Positions 18,534 through 27,794 of a stretch of 64,000 bases of DNA are shown here, in pieces (position 1 is the stretch's first letter; the number at the start of each line of letters is the position of its first letter). The stretch lies in IMG/VR virus record IMGVR_UViG_3300010153_000001, one strand, 5' to 3'. Below the pieces are notes generated by a model that was not told where the DNA came from, ran no database searches, and saw only the letters and a program-made list of their open reading frames with translations. The position numbers and the translations under genes are program-made. The stretch is from an uncultured virus (IMG/VR IMGVR_UViG_3300010153_000001) (Duplodnaviria > Heunggongvirae > Uroviricota > Caudoviricetes).

Positions 18534-18794
18534 CTAGATGTCATCTCTATGGAAATACTCATCATTGAGTTTTTCCTTGTTAGATGCGTTATCAACTCCA
18601 TGTTTTTCATCTGCACTTTGAGGTTTTTTCTTTGGAGCTTTACCCTTTGAATAAGGTTTATAAAATGGATCATTCATTTCCATAGTGTAAGAATCACTGA
18701 GACAGTCTAATTCTGATAACTCATCATCAGTCATGTCTAGATATGTATCTATTGGTATCTCTATTGTTCTTCCGCTTGGTAATTGATATAACAT
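18534..18794 (-). CDS. Hypothetical protein
   Basis: 86-aa ORF starting MLYQLPSGRTIEI. Confidence 0.75.
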   Translation of the reverse strand: MLYQLPSGRTIEIPIDTYLDMTDDELSELDCLSDSYTMEMNDPFYKPYSKGKAPKKKPQSADEKHGVDNASNKEKLNDEYFHRDDI

Positions 18795-18816
18795 TTTATT
18801 ATATAGATTAATTGTA

Positions 18817-18892
18817 CAAATCTACATAATTAAACCATGTAATATACATAAAAAGCTTGAACCATGTAAACTTTTCAGGAGTTATATAGCTA
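18817..18892 (-). promoter_or_regulatory. Promoter region with shared operator-like motif
   Basis: Minus strand TAGCTATATAACTCCTGAAAA (18892-18872), GTATATTA, TAGATTTG (18824-18817), two TTACATGGTT copies. Confidence 0.65.
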
Positions 18893-18897
18893 TCTAA

Positions 18898-19143
18898 CTA
18901 TAAAATAATTAGAAATCTTCCTGATCTTCTTACATAATTCTTACTTTTTAACTCTTTTATCTTTCTGTCTACAGTTCTTTGGCTAACATTTGCTGTGTCA
19001 GCTATAGTAGCTATAGAAGGAAAACATTTTCTATTTTTATTTGCATATGTACATAATATGCTATAGATACCTTTGGCTTGTATGCTAAGTTCAGGATCAC
19101 CTATAACTTTATCATTAACAATACCAAATTTATCTATATTCAT
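18898..19143 (-). CDS. Helix-turn-helix DNA-binding protein (HTH_36-like)
   Basis: LSIQAKGIYSIL...CFPSIATIA...VSQRTVDRKIKEL. Confidence 0.8.
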   Translation of the reverse strand: MNIDKFGIVNDKVIGDPELSIQAKGIYSILCTYANKNRKCFPSIATIADTANVSQRTVDRKIKELKSKNYVRRSGRFLIIL

Positions 19144-19208
19144 CCTAATATAAGATTTATTAGTAATGTTAGGATCATTCCAACTACTCCTACACTAAAT
19201 CCTAACAT
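19140..19208 (-). CDS. Small hydrophobic peptide, 22 aa (not in ORF track)
   Basis: MLGFSVGVVGMILTLLINLILG; ATGA overlap with the HTH gene. Confidence 0.45.
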   Translation of the reverse strand: MLGFSVGVVGMILTLLINLILG

Positions 19209-19209
19209 A

Positions 19210-19770
19210 CTAGAACGGTAACTCTGGTCTTCCCTCTTTGATTGCTTCATATACTTTTTTTATTTGATCACGCATTACTGTCTCTGAACTTACAATATCT
19301 AAATCTTCCCATTTAACATCTTTCTTTATTAAGATTAGATTTCCTTTGTCATCATTAGTAATAACTGATACATTAAATTTATAACACCAAGGATTAAAGT
19401 CATCTCTATAAGATGAGTCACCAGTTATAATTGCATAAAATAATTTCTTACCATGAATATCATTGTCACAGTATACATTATGATCTTTCAATACATCTTT
19501 ATCATAATCAATTGTCTCATATCTATCAGATATATAACGAATAACATCTCCTATTTTAGGTAATTGAGGTTTATCCTCATCTGTCATTATCTGTAAGAAA
19601 GTAGCAATAGCATGTTCATCTAATGATTTAAATAATAAATCAATTATATATTTTCTATTAGGTGTGTCCTTTTTTAATGCACTTAACATTATGTGTGCAC
19701 CTACGTCCTCTGGTATATTAATAGTTTTACTCATTTTTTGATATTTTTTAATGTTTCTTTTGTAATCCAT
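19210..19770 (-). CDS. Hypothetical protein ending in ELPF
   Basis: 186-aa ORF; alternative start at 19734. Confidence 0.75.
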   Translation of the reverse strand: MDYKRNIKKYQKMSKTINIPEDVGAHIMLSALKKDTPNRKYIIDLLFKSLDEHAIATFLQIMTDEDKPQLPKIGDVIRYISDRYETIDYDKDVLKDHNVYCDNDIHGKKLFYAIITGDSSYRDDFNPWCYKFNVSVITNDDKGNLILIKKDVKWEDLDIVSSETVMRDQIKKVYEAIKEGRPELPF

Positions 19771-19896
19771 ATTGTTGGTTTTGGATATACTTTTATTCTC
19801 CAGTCAGATTTAGCTTTCCCTACTGTCTCTAACTTCTTTTCTTTATACTTGTCTTTTAAGTTCTGCATGTCGTAATACTTGTTTTAGTTTAGAAGT

Positions 19897-19928
19897 AAAA
19901 AGAGGAGACTATTACATCTCCCCTTTTT
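19897..19928 (-). terminator. Possible intrinsic terminator
   Basis: AAAAAG.GGAGA/TCTCC.CTTTTT inverted repeat. Confidence 0.5.
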
Positions 19929-20015
19929 CCCACTCAAATGTAGTTCTGTGGTATTTCCACCTAACTACTCTCACTTAACTCTTATGTATATAATAGTAAT
20001 ATAATACTGGTACTG

Positions 20016-20585
20016 TTAGTACGTCATGTCTGGCGTATTTGGCCACAGTGTATATACATTTTTATCATCAACAGAAGATGATTTTCTCATATCTTCTATT
20101 GACATATGTTTAATTAAGTTCCTTGTTTTAGCTAGTTGATGCTTATAATCTTTAAGATTATTAAGATGATCATAACTATCTAATACATTTATTTCATCAA
20201 ACCTTTTAATGATTCTAAAAGAATACTGATATTCATTGAAGTTCATTTCTCCATCTTTTAACTTTACTACTATAAGTCCTGGAACAGAGTTGTTATCAGT
20301 TAAATCAAATAATTTCTTTCTTAACCATTTAGGTCCTTGATAAAATCCACTATAATCAGTTTCTAAAGTACCATTCTTAAAGTTAATAGTATCTTGTACA
20401 CCTAAGTTATAGAAGTTCTTATAGATTCTTATACTTTGTTTATCCGATTGAATATTTAAACCTACTTTAACACGACTATTTTGATGGATCTTTGCTATTG
20501 TAGTAGGTCTAAGAAGTGGATTTACCTCTGCTCCAAAGTATTTTTCTTCTTCCGTAAGTTCTAATTTTGTCTTTCTAGTCTTCAT
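20016..20585 (-). CDS. Hypothetical protein
   Basis: 189-aa ORF. Confidence 0.75.
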   Translation of the reverse strand: MKTRKTKLELTEEEKYFGAEVNPLLRPTTIAKIHQNSRVKVGLNIQSDKQSIRIYKNFYNLGVQDTINFKNGTLETDYSGFYQGPKWLRKKLFDLTDNNSVPGLIVVKLKDGEMNFNEYQYSFRIIKRFDEINVLDSYDHLNNLKDYKHQLAKTRNLIKHMSIEDMRKSSSVDDKNVYTLWPNTPDMTY

Positions 20586-20922
20586 AGTCTATATCTTCAT
20601 GGTGTTTGTGAAATGGTGAATTAAATGGATCTATCCATCCAAATGCAAATACACAAAATGGTAATATTATTCCTATTGATCCTTTTTCTATTCCAATACC
20701 TATACAAAATAATGGTACATATTCAAAGTTAACTGAAAATATATAATCTTTATGTTGATTAAAGATAAACATACATACCATTAGTAATGATAGATCTACT
20801 ACTACGGTTGATATGATTATCCATAAACTCATGTCTACATTAGTACATAGTATAAAGTTTGAATAGATTACTGCTGCTGGTATCACGATAAGTGATAACA
20901 GTTTTTTGATAGTGACTTTCAT
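20575..20922 (-). CDS. Hypothetical membrane protein
   Basis: Several hydrophobic segments. Confidence 0.7.
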   Translation of the reverse strand: MKVTIKKLLSLIVIPAAVIYSNFILCTNVDMSLWIIISTVVVDLSLLMVCMFIFNQHKDYIFSVNFEYVPLFCIGIGIEKGSIGIILPFCVFAFGWIDPFNSPFHKHHEDIDYED

Positions 20923-20956
20923 AATTTAATTTTTAAGTGATTATTAATTGAGTTTG

Positions 20957-21208
20957 TTATTTTATTCCGTATCCACATTTTCTATGAGGTCTATAGAATG
21001 TATCTAATGTATACCATCTGATACCATCCTCTTGAATAACCTCAACAGTATCTATTACATACTGAGTTGAATCATTTGAACCATTATATCTATCTTCATT
21101 ATCTGGATATTCTGGTACTATTGTTGCATAGTATCCTAAGATTACTATGGCTATAGATAGTATAAGCATTGAACCTATACCTATAGACTTTGCTATTGTC
21201 TTTCTCAT
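20957..21208 (-). CDS. Hypothetical membrane-anchored protein
   Basis: N-terminal transmembrane/signal segment. Confidence 0.7.
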   Translation of the reverse strand: MRKTIAKSIGIGSMLILSIAIVILGYYATIVPEYPDNEDRYNGSNDSTQYVIDTVEVIQEDGIRWYTLDTFYRPHRKCGYGIK

Positions 21209-21429
21209 CTCTTAAGTCCTTTGATTAACTTAACGACCTTAATTAGATCATCCATCATAACATCAAGACCTTTTGTTTCTACATCACCACTTCTGATTTT
21301 GATTATCTTCTTAGCATTAATGTAATCAAGAGCTCTTTTTATACTATGCAAGTGATAGTCCATGTTTATGTTATATTTCTCTTTATCTTCAATATTTAAC
21401 TGATTTAAAATTCTTTTATCTATATTCAT
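21205..21429 (-). CDS. Hypothetical protein
   Basis: 74-aa ORF. Confidence 0.65.
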   Translation of the reverse strand: MNIDKRILNQLNIEDKEKYNINMDYHLHSIKRALDYINAKKIIKIRSGDVETKGLDVMMDDLIKVVKLIKGLKR

Positions 21430-22090
21430 TTGATAGTACCTGTATTATCAGGATTTTATTAAGAGTATACAAAGACCAAGTGAGTGATCAAACCCACTTG
21501 TCTGAATGAGATTACGTTTCTATTCAGTTAACTTTGTTATGTTATTATATCCATTGCACCAATCAGGTGACTAACTAATATTTTCAATGTTGCGGTAACT
21601 AATACTCTTATCCTATAGAGAGAGAGTATAAGAATAACTATACATGAGACACAACTAGTGTGCTTCACTCACCATGCTTCATCACCACCCATAGTGTAGG
21701 GTATAGATGTGCTCATGATAGCTATATTATATATAATGTACCAAATGACTGATACAATGTGGTAAAAGGTGGTAATATGTGGTAAATAGACTACACATTC
21801 ACAACTTAACACACATAATTAATTAATTTAATGTGAATTAAATAGATTAACTTGATTTCTTCCTGTTCTTTCTGGGAAAGGACAAGGTTATGGTAACATA
21901 GTGGACAAGTAACCACAATTCTTATTAAATTGCGTTACAATGTCCATTATATACTCACTGTGAGAATAGTATGACCTTTAATACTTATCAGGTAGAAGGT
22001 GATTGACTACAGTTGAGTGAGATAAATTGCGTATGTTACTGAGAAAGTTTATGGAGTGTATATCATTTCAACTCCATATGTCAAACTATA
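21430..22090. other. Long hairpin-rich non-coding region (origin or ncRNA candidate)
   Basis: No ORF in track; at least five inverted repeats; GTGGTAA x3. Confidence 0.5.
21759..21785. repeat. Three GTGGTAA repeats with 10-bp period
   Basis: Copies start at 21759, 21769 and 21779. Confidence 0.85.
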
Positions 22091-22399
22091 CTACTCTGGT
22101 GTTACCCATTGTAGTGTAGTATCTTTGAAAGAACCATCTTCATTCTTTTCATTTCTGTCTTTGACAAAGATACCAGACATTTTAAACCCTTTTAATTCCT
22201 GATTAGGTTTAAGTTTGAGGGACCTTGGGTCAATATCCACAAGACACAACAACCCGAATTGTAGGTTTTGTTGGTCTCTGGCTTTGACCTGTTTAGGACC
22301 GTCTGGTGTTTCTACTGTGACAGTTGTAGTTGACTGAACATCTGATTTACAAACGATAGTGTTTGACCCTTCAGGGATTTTGTGAAAGAATACTGACAT
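22091..22399 (-). CDS. Hypothetical protein, first gene of the leftward arm
   Basis: 102-aa ORF bracketed by hairpins. Confidence 0.75.
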   Translation of the reverse strand: MSVFFHKIPEGSNTIVCKSDVQSTTTVTVETPDGPKQVKARDQQNLQFGLLCLVDIDPRSLKLKPNQELKGFKMSGIFVKDRNEKNEDGSFKDTTLQWVTPE

Positions 22400-22538
22400 G
22401 ATATATGTTTTATTGACTGTGAACCCATTGGGGGTACACTCCTGTCATTTTTAAGCTGGGGAGCAGAACAGTAGGACCTAACGTACATGCCATATACACA
22501 AATTTTTGATTTACCTATTTTTATATGTGGGGGGATTT

Positions 22539-22548
22539 TTGTATATTA
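22539..22548 (+). promoter_or_regulatory. Putative phage-specific promoter (TTGTATATTA class)
   Basis: Motif recurs upstream of plus-strand operons. Confidence 0.55.
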
Positions 22549-22681
22549 GGTATGTAGGGGGGAACGTTAAATACAACCCCATCCTTTAAAAGAAGGTTTT
22601 ACTAACACAAAAAAAATAATGGAACTTTCCTCAATATTTAGATTTTTTTTTATTAATTTTGACACCAAAAAAATAGAACAT

Positions 22682-22981
22682 ATGTCCGTAAATGACCCAC
22701 TAGAGAATTATGATAAATTAGATGAATCCCAACAATGGGAGGCAGAACAGATGATAATGGATAAAGCGTTTAGAAATTCTTTTCTGATCGTTACTAAAAA
22801 GAAAACCTTTGATCAAGTAATGCAATCAAAGAATGGTGCTTTATTAGCACATGATCCTTCATCAGGTATTACTGATTATGAACTAGAAAATATGATGCAA
22901 CATTTTATTGATGAGGAAGAATATGAGAAATGTGCATCCATTAGGGATCTAAATCCTAAATTATTTAAAACAAAAAAGTAA
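22682..22981 (+). CDS. UVR-motif protein
   Basis: C-terminal EEYEKCASIRDL; start likely 22682 (track gives 22619). Confidence 0.6.
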   Translation: MSVNDPLENYDKLDESQQWEAEQMIMDKAFRNSFLIVTKKKTFDQVMQSKNGALLAHDPSSGITDYELENMMQHFIDEEEYEKCASIRDLNPKLFKTKK

Positions 22982-23343
22982 TGTATACATATAGAGCAAA
23001 ATTAGATAGAGTAGTAGACGGGGATACCCTGGATGCAAATATAGACCTAGGTTTTGACGTCACTGTTCGTAAAAGAATAAGACTGGCAGGAATCAATACT
23101 CCAGAGTCTAGAACTAGAGATCTTGAAGAAAAGAAACGTGGCCTAGCTGCTAAAGAAGCGTTATTAACAATGTTAACAGAGACAAACCAAAATGATTATT
23201 TTGTTTTGGAGAGTAACAAGGTTGGTAAGTTTGGTAGAGTATTAGGGACACTCCATATAGAGGTTGATGAAGGGGGGTGTTGTATCAATGAGCAGTTGAT
23301 TAAAGATGGTCATGCTGTAGAATACCACGGAGGTAAAAGATAA
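22981..23343 (+). CDS. Thermonuclease (SNase-like)
   Basis: RVVDGDT, IRLAGINTPE, GKFGRVLG. Confidence 0.9.
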   Translation: MYTYRAKLDRVVDGDTLDANIDLGFDVTVRKRIRLAGINTPESRTRDLEEKKRGLAAKEALLTMLTETNQNDYFVLESNKVGKFGRVLGTLHIEVDEGGCCINEQLIKDGHAVEYHGGKR

Positions 23344-23348
23344 TCTGA

Positions 23349-24008
23349 ATGGCAAATAAAGAAAAGACTCCTCCCAAAGGAGCAATAAGATTCTCTTTGA
23401 GCTTATCTGAGGAACAGAAGAAAGCTAAGACAGAGATTTTAAAACATCCCTTTAACTTTCTAGTGGGTAAGGCGGGATCAGGTAAGACGTTATTAGCTGT
23501 ACAGATAGCGTTAGATCAATTTTTTAAACGTCAATTCAATAAGATAATAATTACAAGACCTACTATATCAACAGAAGATAATGGGTTCTTACCAGGATCT
23601 GAGCGTGAGAAAATGGAACCGTGGCTTGTTCCTATCCGTTCTAATATGCGTAAGATCTATAATAAACCATCTATACTAGAAAAGATGGAGAAGGATGAGA
23701 AGATAGAATTAGTATCCTTAGCACACTTTAGAGGACGTACGTTTGATAATGCAGTAGTCATTGTAGATGAGTTCCAGAATCTTAGTAGATCACAACTAGC
23801 AATGTGTATTGGTAGATTAGGTAAAGATTCAAAGATGATATTCTGTGGAGACTCATATCAAATAGATCTAAAAGATAAGAACTGGTCAGCATACCATGAT
23901 ATGGCTAAACTAACTAATTCAAAGTTTGTATATAAAACAGTATTAGAAGATTCACATAGACATGATGCTATAGATAATCTTCTAGAATTACTAAATGGGT
24001 ATCACTAA
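23349..24008 (+). CDS. phoH: PhoH-like ATPase
   Basis: GKAGSGKT, ITRP, GFLPG, FRGRTF, VDEFQN, GRLG, GDSYQID. Confidence 0.95.
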   Translation: MANKEKTPPKGAIRFSLSLSEEQKKAKTEILKHPFNFLVGKAGSGKTLLAVQIALDQFFKRQFNKIIITRPTISTEDNGFLPGSEREKMEPWLVPIRSNMRKIYNKPSILEKMEKDEKIELVSLAHFRGRTFDNAVVIVDEFQNLSRSQLAMCIGRLGKDSKMIFCGDSYQIDLKDKNWSAYHDMAKLTNSKFVYKTVLEDSHRHDAIDNLLELLNGYH

Positions 24009-24018
24009 AACAAAACCA

Positions 24019-24231
24019 ATGGCAAAATATGAATGTAAAAAATGTAATGAATCATTAGAAATCTATAAGAGAAGTCTAGTAATTAAAGATGGTAAGTTAG
24101 TATGTAAGGAAGCAAAATGTAAATGCGGTACTTATATGGACCAGGTAATTACTGAAGAGTATGAAGGGTTGCCTGATATACAAAGAAATGAAGGAGGAGA
24201 CTCTGCATTTAAATCAAATCTATCTAATTAA
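24019..24231 (+). CDS. Small zinc-ribbon protein
   Basis: YECKKC...CKCG; start likely 24019. Confidence 0.6.
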   Translation: MAKYECKKCNESLEIYKRSLVIKDGKLVCKEAKCKCGTYMDQVITEEYEGLPDIQRNEGGDSAFKSNLSN

Positions 24232-24303
24232 TATATAAAACGTCATCCATGACGTATTTAATAAAAAAAGTAATTTAAACCTTTTTTATTTAAACTTTTT
24301 TTG

Positions 24304-24311
24304 TATCTTTG
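24304..24311 (+). promoter_or_regulatory. Bacteroidota -7 promoter element
   Basis: TATCTTTG 40 nt upstream of ATG 24351, preceded by two TTTAAAC copies. Confidence 0.7.
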
Positions 24312-24350
24312 TCATATAAATCAATTTAATAATCATTTAAAACCAAAATT

Positions 24351-24704
24351 ATGGCAAATGAAAATGTTAATCCTACAGAGAATTTTTCTGATGAGGATGT
24401 TCAACTATCAAAAGAAGAGTTGAAAAAAAGAAGAGCTGAAGTAACAGCTTATTACAAAGATCATATTAAAGATCTTAAAGTTCAAAAGGAATATGAAGAA
24501 CTTTTAAGAGACATTGAGAAAACACGTGCTGAAAGAGTTCAAGCACAGATGTTTCTTGCCCAAGCAATGGCTGGACCTCAAGAAGGTACACCAGATGAGA
24601 TCAATCAAGAAAGAGCAGCAGCAGTTCAACAAGCAGCAGCAGATTGGAATGCAGATCAGAATGGTGCTCCCCCAAAGAGAACTTTAAAACGTACGGAATC
24701 ATGA
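24351..24704 (+). CDS. Hypothetical coiled-coil protein
   Basis: 117-aa ORF. Confidence 0.8.
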   Translation: MANENVNPTENFSDEDVQLSKEELKKRRAEVTAYYKDHIKDLKVQKEYEELLRDIEKTRAERVQAQMFLAQAMAGPQEGTPDEINQERAAAVQQAAADWNADQNGAPPKRTLKRTES

Positions 24705-25327
24705 AATATGGAAGAGAGGTAATTAAGAGAGCAATGGATTCCAAAGGATATAAGTACTTTGAGAATGGTGATTATAATTTAAATATTATAGGAATTAGAA
24801 ATTCTGCTACTGCTAATATGGTAACCAATAAGTTTGATGATACTATTACAGTATCATACAAGATAGATGGTGAATGGCAGTATCATGAGTTTGATTGTAC
24901 TACAGATCCAGGAACTCATTATATGGATAGTCCAATATTAAAGAATACAGGGTGTGCAATTTTAAAACCTGGACAATATCCAAAGTCACATAAGATTAGA
25001 AAACATCAAGGTAGATATGAGGCATTAGGTCAACAGAATGATGTAACAGTATATAGAGATAATAATAGAGATGATATTTATAATCTAAATCAAGAAAATA
25101 CTGATACAGGATTATTTGGTATTAATATACATAGAGCTACTAAATATGCTGGAAAAAAATCTTCACAAGTAGACAAGTGGTCAGCAGGTTGTCAAGTAAT
25201 TGCAGCTAATGATGATTGGACTAAATTTATGAAGATATGTAGAAAGGCAAGAGATAAATGGAGTAATAATTTTACATATACCCTACTAGAAAGTAATGAT
25301 ACTGATAGAACTAAAACATGGATTTAA
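24701..25327 (+). CDS. Putative endolysin, L,D-transpeptidase-like fold
   Basis: NIIGIR, FDD, TTDPG, GINIHRA...WSAGCQV (His...SxGC); start at ATG 24701. Confidence 0.6.
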   Translation: MKYGREVIKRAMDSKGYKYFENGDYNLNIIGIRNSATANMVTNKFDDTITVSYKIDGEWQYHEFDCTTDPGTHYMDSPILKNTGCAILKPGQYPKSHKIRKHQGRYEALGQQNDVTVYRDNNRDDIYNLNQENTDTGLFGINIHRATKYAGKKSSQVDKWSAGCQVIAANDDWTKFMKICRKARDKWSNNFTYTLLESNDTDRTKTWI

Positions 25328-25686
25328 TGAAAGTTAAAAAAGTAGAAAAAAAAGTAAAGACAAGTAAGGATGAGGTTATCAAATACCAAATCCTTACTTA
25401 TTGCTTTCTTAATGAGATACAAATAAGTCTATCAGATCTATTATGTTTAACTGAATTAGCTAAATTAGAAGTATCTGAACTTACAAAGTTTTGTTCTTTC
25501 ATATCAGATAAAGGAATATTTAAGAGTCCTCAATCTTGTAGGAATGCAATAACAAAAGCAAGTAAGAAAGATCTAATTGTTAAGACAGGTGTAAATAAGA
25601 AAAGTATTCAACTTAATCCTAATATAGAAATACAAACAGAAGGTACTATACTATTAGATTATAAATTACTAGGAGTTGAATCCTAA
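25318..25686 (+). CDS. Hypothetical protein (possible winged helix)
   Basis: 122-aa ORF. Confidence 0.7.
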   Translation: MDLMKVKKVEKKVKTSKDEVIKYQILTYCFLNEIQISLSDLLCLTELAKLEVSELTKFCSFISDKGIFKSPQSCRNAITKASKKDLIVKTGVNKKSIQLNPNIEIQTEGTILLDYKLLGVES

Positions 25687-26035
25687 AAATTATAAAGATT
25701 TTTATCCTGAGATTGCAGAGGAATGCAATGCTCATGTAGATTTAGTTGGAGATTTGGTATCCTTTTATTATGGTAGAGTTAGAAAAGCTTTATCTGATTT
25801 AGAAGGAAGTAAAGTGTACTTACCAAACTTAGGAACTTTCTCATTAAGGAGAAGAAGACTTGAAAAGAGTATTAAGAGAAATAAGGATATTCTTGGAAAT
25901 ATTCAAAAGAATACTTATAAAGGTTATGGTAAATATATACCCATAAAAGAAAAAATAGACATATTAGAAAATGCGCTATCTGTAATGAAAAAAGAACAAG
26001 AAACCAAAAAAAAGTTTAAAGATGAAAATAGTTAA
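25676..26035 (+). CDS. HU/IHF-like DNA-binding protein
   Basis: Helical N-terminus then KVYLPNLGTFSLR. Confidence 0.55.
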   Translation: MNPKNYKDFYPEIAEECNAHVDLVGDLVSFYYGRVRKALSDLEGSKVYLPNLGTFSLRRRRLEKSIKRNKDILGNIQKNTYKGYGKYIPIKEKIDILENALSVMKKEQETKKKFKDENS

Positions 26036-26342
26036 GTTATTGAAAGCTATTAAAAATGTTGACCAAATATTAGAAGGTGTTAAAAATAAGATATTTAAGT
26101 CTGATGATGTTGAAGCTGTTGCTGATGAAAGATGGTTACACTGTAAAGAATGTGAAGTATTAGATATGAGTGGTTTAAATTGTGCAGCACCTGGGACACA
26201 ACCTTGTTGTGCAGATTGTGGATGCTCATTAGGTATTAAACTTAGAGCACTATCAGCATCTTGCCCTAAAGGTAAATGGGATGCTGTACTATCTGGTGAA
26301 CTTGAACAAAAATTTAAGAATGAAACAGGATATAAAGAATAA
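26022..26342 (+). CDS. Cys-rich hypothetical protein
   Basis: CKEC...CCADCGC...CPKGKW. Confidence 0.75.
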   Translation: MKIVKLLKAIKNVDQILEGVKNKIFKSDDVEAVADERWLHCKECEVLDMSGLNCAAPGTQPCCADCGCSLGIKLRALSASCPKGKWDAVLSGELEQKFKNETGYKE

Positions 26343-26345
26343 ATT

Positions 26346-27179
26346 ATGGCAGTAATATTTAAAGAAGAGGGTCATATCTATGAGAGTTTAGATGATAACC
26401 TTGAGAAAGATAAAATAAACTGGACTAGTGTTACAAGTTTTGTAGGAAAATTTAAACCTAAATTTAATGCAAAAGCTCAAGCAAAAAAGTCTGGTAAGAA
26501 TAAGAGATCTAAATGGTATGGTATGAAACAACAAGAAATATTAGATGCATGGAATTCTGAAACTGAAAGAGCTATTACATTAGGTAATTGGTATCATAAT
26601 CAAAGAGAAGAAAATATTTGTGAATTTAATACTATTGAAAGAGATGGAGTTAATTTACCTATCATTAGACCTATTATAGATCAAGCTGGTATAAAAATTG
26701 CACCAGAACAAAAACTTAATGATGGTGTATATCCTGAACATTTTGTATATTTGAAGTCATTAGGTTTATGTGGACAAGCTGATTTAGTTAGTATTGCTAA
26801 CGGAAAGATAAATATACTTGATTATAAAACTAACAAGGAGATAAAAGAAAAAGGATTTACAAATTGGGAAGGTATAACATCCAAGATGTATAATCCAGTT
26901 AGTAATCTTGATGATTGTAATTTGAAACATTATAACCTACAATTAAGTTTATATGTTTATATAATAAAGAAACATAATCCTAAACTTAAGATAGGTAAGT
27001 TACAAATTCAACATGTATCTTTTGAAAAGGAAGGTGAAAATAAATTTGGTTATCCTATAACTAAGTATAATGATCAAGATGAACCTATAATAAAAGAAAT
27101 AAAGATGTATGAATTACCATATCTAAAAGATGAAGTTAATAGCTTAGTAATGTGGTTAAAAGATAATATGAAATGTTAG
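26346..27179 (+). CDS. PD-(D/E)XK exonuclease
   Basis: H.Y, SVT, GNWYH, GQADL...ILDYKTN, YNLQLSLY. Confidence 0.8.
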   Translation: MAVIFKEEGHIYESLDDNLEKDKINWTSVTSFVGKFKPKFNAKAQAKKSGKNKRSKWYGMKQQEILDAWNSETERAITLGNWYHNQREENICEFNTIERDGVNLPIIRPIIDQAGIKIAPEQKLNDGVYPEHFVYLKSLGLCGQADLVSIANGKINILDYKTNKEIKEKGFTNWEGITSKMYNPVSNLDDCNLKHYNLQLSLYVYIIKKHNPKLKIGKLQIQHVSFEKEGENKFGYPITKYNDQDEPIIKEIKMYELPYLKDEVNSLVMWLKDNMKC

Positions 27180-27691
27180 TAAAATTATTTGATGTACAAA
27201 ATGGAAAGGTTATACCTTCAGAACATTGTTACTCTATAAAGAGTTTAAAAAATATTATGGATAAATATCCAGATACATATATGCAAATATATCTATTTGT
27301 ATTTTATATGACTTGTCCAGATCCAGATATGAATCCTTTTTTCAATATGACAGAGCATGAAAAAGAAGAACTTATCATAGATGAGATAGGATTAGAAGAA
27401 TCTCCAGAAGATGAATCTATAAGAAATGCTATAAGACTTTGTGAAGAATTATATCATACACCAACATTTAGAGCATATAAAGGAATTAAGACAATGCTAG
27501 ATAGATTGGCAAGATATATGGAGAAAACTCAAATAGAACATGGTAGAGATGGTAATCTTACTGCTTTAGTAAATACAGCTGCCAAGTTTGATAGTATAAG
27601 ACAATCCTTCAAAGGAGCATATAATGATATGAAGGATGAACAAAAAAGTCAAGTCCGTGGTGGACAAGGACTTGCATATGATCAGATGTAA
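27173..27691 (+). CDS. Hypothetical protein (terminase small subunit candidate by position)
   Basis: 172-aa helical ORF upstream of terL. Confidence 0.5.
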   Translation: MLVKLFDVQNGKVIPSEHCYSIKSLKNIMDKYPDTYMQIYLFVFYMTCPDPDMNPFFNMTEHEKEELIIDEIGLEESPEDESIRNAIRLCEELYHTPTFRAYKGIKTMLDRLARYMEKTQIEHGRDGNLTALVNTAAKFDSIRQSFKGAYNDMKDEQKSQVRGGQGLAYDQM

Positions 27692-27777
27692 TGTTATTAA
27701 ATTATATAGTATGTATATTACTTATAGGAACGCTTATATGGGCAGTTCTTACTGATCATACAGATAATTATTATTAA
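27691..27777 (+). CDS. Small membrane peptide, 28 aa (not in ORF track)
   Basis: MLLNYIVCILLIGTLIWAVLTDHTDNYY; TAATG coupling. Confidence 0.45.
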   Translation: MLLNYIVCILLIGTLIWAVLTDHTDNYY

Positions 27778-27794
27778 TTTTTAAAACCAACAAA

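Noticed and set aside
19731..19868. 45-aa minus-strand ORF MQNLKDKYKEKK...
   Set aside because: Possible, but it overlaps the 19770 start, which has the AAAACCAACAA leader; cannot choose between the two models from sequence alone.
22430..22562. G-quadruplex
   Set aside because: G-runs are separated by 22-67 nt and some have competing C-run partners.
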